The notes under the pieces: generated by a model
What the model saw: only the letters and a program-made list of their open reading frames with translations
The model's database searches: none
Told to the model about the DNA's origin: nothing
Assembly (NCBI GenBank): GCA_020536535.1
Contig: JAHLWZ010000982.1
Span: forward strand, 1 to 33,444
From: Pelomyxa schiedti
Lineage: Eukaryota > Protista > Evosea
DNA: 33,444 nucleotides
Direction of reading: 5' to 3'
Program-made: the position numbers and the translations under genes
Shown here: in pieces, positions 12,501 through 24,530 of the stretch
Layout of the letters: the number at the start of each line of letters is the position of its first letter
Numbering within the stretch: position 1 is the first letter of the stretch

Positions 12501-15500
12501 TTTGCGGTTGAGGCTTCTTCTGAACTTTTCCATGTGAAGGAAGAAAACTTGCTGAGCTGGAAAATTCCCTCATGTGCCTCAGTGAAAGGATGTGGGAGCT
12601 TTCACCTCCACTTCATGTTGATTATCAAGAGCAAGGGATGTCAGCCCTTCTTCCTTATGCAATTTGTCCCCAGAAGAATGAGCTCCTCCCAATGTCCTGT
12701 TATGGTGGAAAGCTGCTGGGAGTAACTTTTAGGAGTGAAGACTTCTGTTCGTTTGAATACTCTGGAGTGTATGTCAATGCAAGTAACACCGACCTTATAA
12801 TCTGTGTAGAAAAACAGGCCGTGTTGGTGATCCAGAAGCACTGGTGATGTCCCCAGTGCCAATACCGATGGACTGTGACTACTACTACGAGGTCACTCTA
12901 GATGTGGCCGACACTTCATCAATTTTGAAGTATGTGTTGTGCTTCTTTTTGTTTTTTTATAATGCAGTTTGTAGCATTGGGTTATGTCCGGAAGGTGCAT
13001 CTGGGTGGGGAAATAACAGTTACCGATTCCAAGGGGATGCCAAGAAAACTTGGTATTATTTCATGAACCAAGGGCAATGTGTAACTTCACCCAGGTTTTC
13101 TAATGGTCAACGACAGAGATCAAACTACGGCGTTCCCGTTTCCTCTAAATGCACGATTGGGTGCCACTGGTCCAGTAAGGAGAAGTGCATTTCCTATACA
13201 AAGGATGGAAAACTTCTTGGTCCAGCCTTCAAGTTGGTTTTTACGCAACCCACCCTGCTTCTAATTAACATAGGCATGTACCTTCAATGCCAAAACTTGT
13301 TCCTGCCATTGGGATTGGTAGGGGAATCCGCGCAAATGTTAACTTCGGAAGTCGCCCCTTCAAGTAGGACGTTCGGCCCTTCCAACATAATCTCTAATCG
13401 CCGTAGATATCAAGTTAGTGGAAGTGGCAGTGCTGTTGTCTTAGATTCTGTTGCACAGGCAAAGAAAGAAGCAGAAGATATTGCCCGACTTGAAAAAGAA
13501 CTCCGGGAGGAGGCTGAGAGGAAAAAAACCGCCTGGCTGGCTGAAAAGAAGGCACAGACTGATGCCTGCCAACAACTAATGAGAATGGGGTACATCCCTC
13601 CTCTCCTTGATGGGACTCACAAAGACAGGTTTACTAAGGAGCAATGTCTCTTCGCTCTGATAAATTCTGGATTCAACTTCAGTGGTAAATATATAGAGAA
13701 AAAAGCCATTCCCTCACTTTTATGTCAGAAAAACCAAAAAATGGCTCAATGTTGGATTTGGTTGGAAACTGGGTACGAATTGTTTTAGCAAAACGTTTTC
13801 TCACAACCGAAGATGCTTGAACATATAGGAAATGTTTCTGATGACGATTTGGCTGCGTGCATGGCTGAGATGAAGAAAAATGATGACGAGGTCCTTCCAT
13901 TTGCTCCCCCATAACACTAACTTCCTCATTAGAAAGCCAAGGAATTCGACACAACGGGTGAAAAAACCAAGCCACCCTCAGAAAGTCAGAATAAGCCACA
14001 GACCTCTAGCACTTCAGTTCCCCCTGAGATCACGCTTCAGCAATGTCTTGATTCGTTTTCTCCTTCCGAGAGTGGGAAATATCAACTGGCCGACTTGTAC
14101 TCTTTTAATGACGAGTACCTATCTCAAGTTCCCCAGTTTCTTTGAAACTTACATTGTAAGGTCTGCCGCGTTCGCCATTATCAATAAGATCGATCCTTGG
14201 TGGGAAGATGAAGGTCTACCTGAGATCAGAATGTTCCTGGAACACGAGTGCGTTATCTTATGTGTAACGTTGGGCCTTACGTAACTAGTAACCGACCTGC
14301 TTTCGAACTGGAGGAGAATATGATGTTATTGAGGAACAAGTTGACTGCTGGCAAGGAAGCCGAAGTTCTTGTATGTCAAAAATGTTTCGTTTTTTCCTAT
14401 CTCAGTGGCCAAAGGGACTTATTTTGCGACTCACTTCAGAGAATCTTAGTTATGTACCATTAATTCAGAAGCGCTTCTCCAGTGGTGCTGCAACAAAGTC
14501 TATAAAGCTGAGCCAGGTACAATGGAACTACATTGAAACAAAAAACTAACATTTCACTTCCAGGCTCGAACTGGTGCAACCGTGCTTGTTTCCACAGCAT
14601 TAGTGGACAGTTTACCCACGCATCCCATGTGGATGGAAGAAATGTCTTCTGTGAGCACTGTAAGACATATTGAAGAATTACTAACTCTATTTCAAAAGAC
14701 ACTGGGGCAACAAGGTGTTGTTAAATTCCTAGAACCCCGTGAGAAGCTTGTTCTTCTTCAATTCCACAACAGTGAAACTGCAATGACCACTGAATGGTGG
14801 TATCCTCTTACCCACCTTGAACCTGTGGCACTGAATGATGAATTTTCTTCGAGGAGCCAGACAATTCAGCAATGTACACCAAATTTAATAATATGAACTG
14901 ACATAGGACTGCAGTGATCAGTGAGCATGGCAATTTAATCTCACACTACTCACGCAATGCGATTTTACAACTCGTTGCCCATCCACGCATACAGCTGTGC
15001 CTGCCTCCATTAGAACTTCCTTCCTTGCTAAAGCTTGTGTCATTTGAGCTCCTTGATTCCCAGCAGTCTCTCACAGAACCTGTGCAAGCTTCGGTGACAC
15101 CAAGTTCGTCTCCTCTTTCTCTGTTCAAGGTATAGTTTTCCAACCAACTTAGTTTTAATGTTTAATTTACACAAGGGGAAACTCATGACAATTTTGGAGA
15201 GCGACACCTCCTTTTCCAAGCTGCTTTTAGGTGCATGTGTTAGTACAATAAACCGTGAAACAACCATGACCGCGACAAAAGTGGTGGTATTGAGATTTGC
15301 TCACACTGGCCTTCGTCTAACTGAAAGCAGATATCTCCACCCACAGGTGGTGCCCTAAATGCTGAACAAGTGTCCTTTCCCGATGCAAATGAAATCACAG
15401 TTGTGTTTGACCGCACCTGCACTTTATCTTCAGGAAATAAAGCTAAATTATCCATCTACAGCGTAATGTCCAATACTCCCAGTAGCACAACTCTTATTTT

Positions 15501-18500
15501 TTTCAAGGATGAAATATGCACCAAACTGCTGCACAGGTACACGGAGAAAGACTTGCTGTTCCCTCTGCGCTTCCGCGCGAACACACTTTTCATTAAAATG
15601 GAAACAGATCACAACCCAGAAAACCTGAAGTACAACACTCACTTACAAGTATTTACTCATTTCCCTCTTCATAAAGGTACAAAGTGGCATGTATCCCCAG
15701 TACATTCCAAGTGGGATTGGCACTATGGCTTGCAGATCTTCTGCTCGATGATGCAGCAAAATTCACTGACATACACGAAGTGTGTGAAGAATTATTCACA
15801 GCGGCTCTGAAGTACGTATATGTTTCCTCAGTGCCATTCCCAGCAAAGGAAATCTTCTTCAATTTGATCAAGAAGATTTTACGGATTGCAAACGCAAGAG
15901 GTTCCACTCTTCCCAGCAAAATCCAGAGGCACTAATCTACAACACTTCACCAGATTATGTTCTCCCAATTCAACATCTGGATCGGCTAGGTGAGGAAATG
16001 GTCTCTCTGTATGGCTCTGATCGCCGAGTTACAAGGCCTGGGTTGCACACAACCTACTTCCAGTCGCTTATAGAATTAGCTTTAATTTCCAAACAAGTGT
16101 GGTCCATGTTACCGGAGGAAGTGAGAGCTTCTCTGACTCCCCCTCCACCCGTCACACCAACCCCTGCCACACCCACAGAGAAGACAGACTCCCAGTCATC
16201 AGTCATATCACCAACTGTAATGCAGATGTCAATTGCAGAGGCAACCACTGCAGCTCTTGCTTCAGCAGCTTTGGCTGCCTCCACACCAAAAACCTCTGAT
16301 CCCATATTGCCAAGTAATTTGTTTGGCGTCAAGGTCTCCCCGGACCAAGATGACACTGCTCTTGCCGTTGCCCTGACCAAGACCTTACGAGACAGTGTGG
16401 AGAAACTAGAACCGGACGGTGCTGATGAAGGGTTGGTACACGTGTCTTACTTTATTCATTTTGACCAATATTCAGATCAGAGCAGCCCGTGGATGATGAT
16501 TTTGCTCTTGCAATTGCGCTCTCTCTTCAATCTGTGTGTTCCTTGAAAATTTTGGCTTCGTTTTTACCAGTTTGTGTAATAGGTGGAGGAGCCAAAATCA
16601 AAGGATGACAGCCAAGAACCAAAGGAGACAAAGGATCCCGAAAAGGCGCCGGATGCCCAAGATATACCAAGCAGCCCAGAAACCATGGAGTCCCCGGCGG
16701 TAGGGGAGTCAAGTTCCTCATCAAGCTCGCAGGAGGAATCTGCAGCTGCAACACCAGGCTCTTCACCAGCCAACACAACTTCTCCTAAGGAGGCGGAAAT
16801 CCCGGAAGTTCCAAAGCTTATGGAAGTGGACGCTTCGCAGGTGTCTAATACAACGACGCCTTCAACTGTTCCCGTTGTTTCGACTCCAACTGAAGCAGTA
16901 GTACCACAAGATGATAAGAAAACTGAGGTCAGTGAATCTCTTCCAAAGGAACAGACAACTACACCATCCCCTACATCAGCAGAGAGTTCCATTCCTCCAC
17001 CTCCTCCACCCCCTCCATCTTCAAGTTCGTTGAAAGAATCTATGAGTAAGCTCCTCCTTTTTTTTTTTTTTACTCCATAACCTTCACGCAGCTGGGATTA
17101 AGATAGGGTTGAAGCCTCAAAAAGCACCGTTTTCGTCGGGTAATACTACAAGATTTATACTCCTCCATTCATCCCCTTTAGTTGCAAACTCGTCCTGGTT
17201 CACTGAAGTCACTGAACTGTACTTCTTCGCGCAGTATCTTTCCGGAAAGGTACCACATGACTCGCCACAGATGTTACCGATTTGGAAGAAGTGTTATGAA
17301 GCCTCAACAAAGGTAACGAGTTACTGGTCAAGAAACCAACCGTAATAATGGTACAGGAAACTATAAAAGAGCGGATTGTTTGTGTGGAAGGCTTACCTAC
17401 AGTTCCTGAGGAATCGGCTGGTAGCTCCCCTTCTTTCACTTCTTTCATACTAACAAAACTCGAGGGGATATTGGTGGTCTACTTTTCAAAATATTCCGAG
17501 TACACTGCAAGCTATGGGGAGGGCCCGACTGGCGCGAGTGTATCTGGTTACCGGTAGATGCAGACACACACAAGACCATGGGGTAAAAGTTTTCCTGTAA
17601 TGCCCCCTTTTTAGTTTTAACCCTAATGACAGTTACGCCTTCGTTGAAGTACTATGTTCTGAGAAGGTTAAAGATGTTGTAAGGAAGATAAACAAGACCA
17701 AGTTACCCGTGAGTAATACAATACTCCTCCCCTCTATCTAATATTTGCCCAAGGAACCTCATAACTCCAGCACCTTGAAGGTGACCAGGTTCCGGCCAGA
17801 TCTGGAGCAGTCAAACGATCCAAGAGTCTCCGCTGTATGCTCTACTTTCTGTTTACTTCTACTCACACTTTGTAGTATTGCATGTCGAAGTTAATTACCA
17901 GAAGTAAAGAACTCACTTCACCCGCATCATCTGCTTTAGAAACACTCTTTTCCATATTCGGCAAGCAGTTCCCGGTACTTAACCTTCTCGGTTTTGTATA
18001 GTACAACCTAACAATCCGCCAGGGTATGATCACACTTCAGGAACTTGATGCATTGCAACTTGCGGGTGCAGGAAAACATTTTACCGACGATGAATTGGCT
18101 GTGATTCGCAAAGACAAAGATTTGAAACAGCTGGCAGAAAATCCTGGTAACAGACTCCTTCTTTCTCTGTCCTCTTAAATACCGTGCAGAGACTTTTGGC
18201 ATACCCTTGAATTCATTCAAGCAACTTTATATCAACAGTGCTATGGTTGCCCCAGTTGAAACTATGGATGAACTCTTCAAGCTTGGATTCGACTTCCATC
18301 TGTACCCTGACCACTTTATGTCTGTCGATGATGCCGTAGCTGCCATGGTGCGGAATTCACTTTTAACATCGCACTGAGGTAAAACGCAGAGTAAATGGGA
18401 GCGATCCACAGATCGTCTTTTGATTGAAATTGTGGAAAGCACATACCAAGAAAAAGAAGTTCCCTCTCCTACATCACTCCCGGCAGACATGCTCTTACCC

Positions 18501-20661
18501 TCATGTATCTCATAAGACTACTTTTTACTCCCTCTTACAAGTTTCTTTCCAGTTGGTGACCTTCATAAAGTTCAAGCACCGATCCCCGTCACTCGATTCC
18601 GCTTCACCCTGTTGAAACTCTTCAACTCTTATGTTACTGCTGTTTTCCCTCTGCTTCAGCCATCATCTTCCGTACCAAAGCTCACCACCTCTACATTAGC
18701 CTCCCCAACCTCTGCTGCAGCTTCAACAACATCGAGCAAATTAGAGCAAATTGAATCCTTCTGTGATTTATCATCGGCAGTCTTTTCTTGTGGGAATCTC
18801 ATCTTCCCTAAGAGCAAGACCATATTCTTCTTTGATGTACTGGAAAAAACTGGAAGCACATGCCCACAACCTGCTTTAGCAATCAACAGGCTCAAACTGG
18901 CTGCTAGTAAAACGAAAGGTTTGCATTGTACATACAATTTTCCAGGAGTAATCTACAACAGCGGCATCCGAAGGAGAGGAGCCTTCCCTTCGCTACACTA
19001 TGTTCAGGGCAGCTTTCAACAAATTGCGAAATACGCACCCCGCCCTGTTGAGGTGTCGAAAACCTGCTGGAGAACACCACACAGCCATAAAACTCACCTT
19101 CAGAGGTGAAAATGTGGAGGGTGAAGGTAAAGCAACCTTGAATTGCGGAATAGTTATAACCAACATCTAGGTGGCCCATACAGACAGTTTTTCACTGAAG
19201 TGGCCCAAGAACTCCAGACGCAGTACTCAACGTCACTGTTCATAACATGCCCAACAACACATATGAAGTTTATTCCAAGACCTTCTTTCACAAGCTCCGA
19301 GCATCTCGAGATGTACAGACTAGTGGGGAGGATGATGGGCATCGCTGTGCGAACAGGAATTTACTTCTCTTTGTACTTGCCAGCATTCGTTTGGAAATCT
19401 TTGGTGAGTAACGAACTGCTGCAAAGAAAATCTAAATCCCACATTTAGCTCGATGTCCCTGCTACCTTAGAAGATTTTGGGGAAATAGACGAGTCCCTGG
19501 AAAAGGGTCTTAAATACGTAAAGCAGTGCAGTGATGAAGTAATTTAGTAACCCACCGACCGCTTCTAAATCTAACTCCAGGAATGCGCCGATCTAAATGA
19601 TTTGTTTACTACAGTCTTGTCTGATAAGACGCAAGTAGAACTCGTGCCACAGGGTGCTATGATAGCCCTGACCCCAGAAAACCGTAAGCAGTATTTGCAA
19701 CTTGTAGAGCAAGTGAGATTAAAAGAATTCGCCCAGCAGTCACAAGCCATGCGCCAGGTCCAACATGAGCCCAAAACGAATTTACAATCTTATAACTGTT
19801 CAGGGTTTGTTGGATATTCTGCCGGATCGACTGCTCCGCATATTAACTCCAGCGGAACTTGAGTGGAGAGTGTGTGGTCAACCTGCTATCGATGTTGCAC
19901 TTCTCAAGGCATGCTTCAATCTTCTTTCAGGAACCACTTAACCTTTTATTACAGAGACACACAGAATACAACTCATTAATAAGCAGTGAATCTGATGTTA
20001 TCAGATGGTTCTGGGAGGTTTTGGAGGAACTCCCCCAAACTGACCTGCGTTTGTTCCTGCGCTTCACTTGGGCCCAGGAAAGACTTCCTTCGGATGACGC
20101 TGACTTTGTTCGAACCCAAACCCGCTTGATGGTGAAGCCTATGTCTACCACGCCCTTCCCAACAACATCGGCTCCCACTTCTGCCTTGGCCGCGGCCTCT
20201 GCCTCCCCGCCTTCATCACCACAAACCTCCGATAGCAGTGACAGTACACAAGCACGCCAAGAAGCTGCACAAGCCCAGGCCCAAGCGAAACAAGATGCAA
20301 TGTTCCCTAAAGCGGACACCTGCTTCTTTGCCTTCACCATACCCGCGTACTCTTCCAAAGAAATCCTACGGTAACCCTCCCCTCCCCCGCAAAAACCAAC
20401 ACTAACACACCAACCCACTACAGGGAGAGACTCCTCCTGGCAATACACTCAGACTCTGACAGCATGAACGCGGACACTACACACAGAGGGGACCAGTTCA
20501 TGGAGCCAGGGCGCCGGTTCAACCGGTTCACAGGCGGCAGTGACGAGTTTGTGGACGACGAGGAGGAAGAAGAGGAGGAAGATGAACAGGAGGAGGACGA
20601 GCCCAGCGGCGACGACAACGAGGCCAGCAGTGACAGCAACTCGGACGAAGGAGACAGATAA
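3511..20661 (+). CDS. Giant HECT-domain E3 ubiquitin ligase, HECTD4/HERC-like (about 85 short introns; CUB-like ESxHPY, SPRY, UBA, UIM, RRM-like, EF-hand-like and HECT domains)
   Basis: Manual splicing gives one continuous frame from ATG 3511 to TAA 20661. Motifs: IASDGTHIF..GLVKVGTGFNNSIQGHVY (HECTD4/MYCBP2-type), IESQHPY, AALAVCGGFAETLRVGG, SPRY YYYEV..VNFGSRPF, UBA LMRMGF..NWMLEH. HECT: FRGENVEGEGGPYRQFF, LLKRHTEY, IRWFWEVL..FLRFTWAQERLP and catalytic FPKADTCFF. Confidence 0.92.
5325..5367 (+). other. GC-AG intron (43 nt) in the HECT gene
   Basis: AAG/GCACTT...CAAG. Needed to join GHVYDC..KKKR to WLCCIGKFLY; the nearby GT alternatives I tested give stops. Confidence 0.7.
6286..6326 (+). 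other. GC-AG intron (41 nt) in the HECT gene
   Basis: TTG/GCAAGT...TTAG gives PFGLSTCYDSVND; both adjacent GT donors give in-frame stops. Confidence 0.8.
12850..13410 (+). other. SPRY domain region of the HECT ligase
   Basis: Spliced sequence PIPMDCDYYYEVTL..IGLCP..YG....TIGCHW...ISYTKDGKLLGPAFK..LVPAIG..VNFGSRPFKY. Confidence 0.8.
13565..13830 (+). other. UBA domain region of the HECT ligase
   Basis: Spliced over three introns: CQQLMRMGFTKEQCLFALINSG...VGNWMLEH, with the MGF loop and NW-LEH end. Confidence 0.75.
19000..20475 (+). other. HECT catalytic domain, catalytic Cys codon at 20321-20323
   Basis: Canonical HECT motifs; PKADTCFF corresponds to the PxAHTCF catalytic motif. Confidence 0.92.
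19909..19954 (+). other. GC-AG intron (46 nt) inside the HECT domain
   Basis: AAG/GCATGC...ACAG restores the conserved IDVALLK-RHTEY. The length is not a multiple of 3, so it must be spliced. Confidence 0.88.
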
Positions 20662-21041
20662 ACAACAACAACAAGAAATACCAATACACTGTAGGCAACA
20701 TTTCATATCCACAACCCAACCACGCAAAGGCACGTTGTTAAGTCCTAGTTCAAACAAATATTTGTTTTATTTCTTCCTTGTGTGAAATGGGCACCCAATA
20801 GTAACTCCGACAGGGGAAAGCAATCTTGGAATTTCCCGTGCCGCTGGAGCACACCCCCACAGACCAACTTGGTACAGCCATCATTCCCATTCGAGAACGG
20901 ATTCACCAAGCACCTCTAGGAGGAGAAGGTCGCACTCACATCAAGTGAATGCGGATCTGATACAGAGGTTGAACTGGACCACTCTCACAAAAAACAAAAC
21001 TCAGCTTAGTTGGGAAAACAGGGAAAAAAAAGGCGAGGAAG

Positions 21042-23074
<2,033 letters not shown>

Positions 23075-23325
23075 CACCAACAATCAATCAACAAGCAGAA
23101 CAAACAATTAATGTTGATAAAAAAAAACCCAACTTGGCAATTTAACCAAGCGAAACAAAGTTGTCGGACTAGCGCTCCGAAAAAATTGAACCACTGACGT
23201 AAAGATCTGTACGAGTTTTCTGAGTCTGCGTCAGTTCTTGGAGTTGCAAAAATAAAAATAGTTTCCGATTTATAAACATTTTAAATTTGATTTTTGATAA
23301 TTTCCGTAAAACCAACAACCCAAAC

Positions 23326-24530
23326 ATGGACAGGAAGAGAAAACCTACAGGTTTTGCCTTTTATGTCACTTCGATAGACCGCGAACTGTACGAGACTCGT
23401 TCAAGAGACCTTTCACAGCGAAAGGTCTTCGAACATGCCGTACAGGTTCAGCGGATTACGATTTGCTTCCCGGACGAGCTCGAATCTATATCGTGCATCG
23501 AAATGTGGATGCACGCTCAGGGATTCGAACTAGCATTCGGGAGGTTACATAGCACGCGATCCATCCGCTTTACTACACGTCTTCGGTATTACTCACATCT
23601 TCACAGCGACTGACTACTCAAGTGAAGGATCCTCGAGCGAGACCTCTCCTGCAAAGAGCCCTTCCCGCAAGCGAACCAGACCCGACGGGGTGAAAAAGCA
23701 AATGGAGAAGTTGGGTGGACGGTTCTGCAGAGAACACCTTTACACTCGACTTCCACGTACTGACATGGAACGGAACTTATTGAGCCCAAGTCCGGCTTAT
23801 TCGTCATACTATGAAAGCTCTCCTAAGAGTTCATACCAATCTAAGCAAGACTACCGGGGATTCTGGAGGATTGGATCAACAACTCAGCACTCTCAGACAG
23901 GCCGTCGCGTGATCTGCTGTGTGGAACAGCCATCAATCGGCAACGGGAACTCGGCCAAGGACTACCTCCCACTGCTGTGCAAATCCTGGCTGAAGGTTTG
24001 CAGTGAATTCGATGCCTCTGTGGATCCTGGTACAGTCCTGCGCCTGTCAACAGGGGAACCACTCACCGAAGACAACTGTTGCCTGATAAATGAAACCGAG
24101 ACAGGGAAGGGCAAGCTAGGATTCCAAGGAAGATTGTACCTGAGAGTGTTTGTGAAGAGCATTGACTCCCCTACATCCTATTCCTGGGTCAGGACTCCTA
24201 TGTGCATAGGTTACTCTTCATGTTTTCGTGTTCGAAGGTTGACCTGTTGATTTAGTTACCGATCCCTCTCTCGAACATCAGTCTGCAGTTCCGATGCCTG
24301 CCCAAGTTTTGGATCCGTTCGATCTTGGAACTGTCATTCCTCAGGAATTCAACAGCTTCCCTCTTGGAGTTGCCTTTACGGATTCACTGGAGTACAGTGG
24401 TTTGTTTGGCACATACCCAGGGGCCATTGGTGTTCCTTCCCTGAGTGGAGAGTTGTTAACAACCACTGATCCCCTGGGGGAGTCAGAGTACCAAGAAAGT
24501 GATTTCACACCACTGCCCCTCACTCCCTGA
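23326..24530 (+). CDS. Orphan protein of about 300 aa (basic NLS-like N-terminus, acidic C-terminus); exons 23326-23350, 23607-24209, 24256-24530
   Basis: CAAAC-ATG start; phase-1 introns 23351-23606 and about 24210-24255 join MDRKRKPT/ATDYSSEG..RKRTRP.. to ..SWVRTPMCI/VTDPSLEH..PLPLTP*. No recognisable domain. Confidence 0.65.
23362..23552 (+). ncRNA. Candidate intronic structured RNA: two long hairpins followed by ACA (H/ACA-like, unassigned)
   Basis: Hairpin 1: CCGC/GCGG, GAAC/GTTC, TGTACG/CGTACA, GTTC/GAAC, AGACCTTTC/GAAAGGTCT. Hairpin 2: GCTTCCCGGA/TTCGGGAGGT, CGAATC/GATTCG, CGTGCATC/GATGCACG. ACA at 23547-23549. Confidence 0.5.

Noticed and set aside
5071-19954. U12-type (minor) introns (GTTTCCTT at 5071, GCATGCTT with CTTAAC at 19909)
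   Set aside because: Neither has the full RTATCCTT donor together with a TCCTTAAC branch site; both are explained by general donor degeneracy.
3511-20661. Stop-codon reassignment, frameshifting, a pseudogene or many small genes as the explanation of the fragmented ORFs
   Set aside because: Every interruption I examined is resolved by a short GT-AG or GC-AG intron in the standard genetic code.
20938-20962. U2 snRNA-like ATCAAGTG..ATCTG
   Set aside because: Lacks the GTAGTA branch-recognition sequence, the U2 5' end and an Sm site.
23406-23515. IRE1-type (HAC1/XBP1) unconventional intron between two hairpins
   Set aside because: The loops (ACAGC, GAAATGTG) do not fit the 7-nt CNGNNG consensus and the host protein has no bZIP.
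23510-23582. tRNA gene or SRP RNA on the - strand
   Set aside because: A and B boxes are present, but there is no acceptor, D, anticodon or T stem pairing. The Alu-like CGCGTGC..TGTAA stretch has no accompanying SRP helix-8 motif.
23351-23606. TPP riboswitch (CAGCGAAAGG on +; CTGAG and TGAACCTG on -)
   Set aside because: The conserved elements (CUGAGA, GAUC..GAUAAU loop) are not present together, in order, on one strand.
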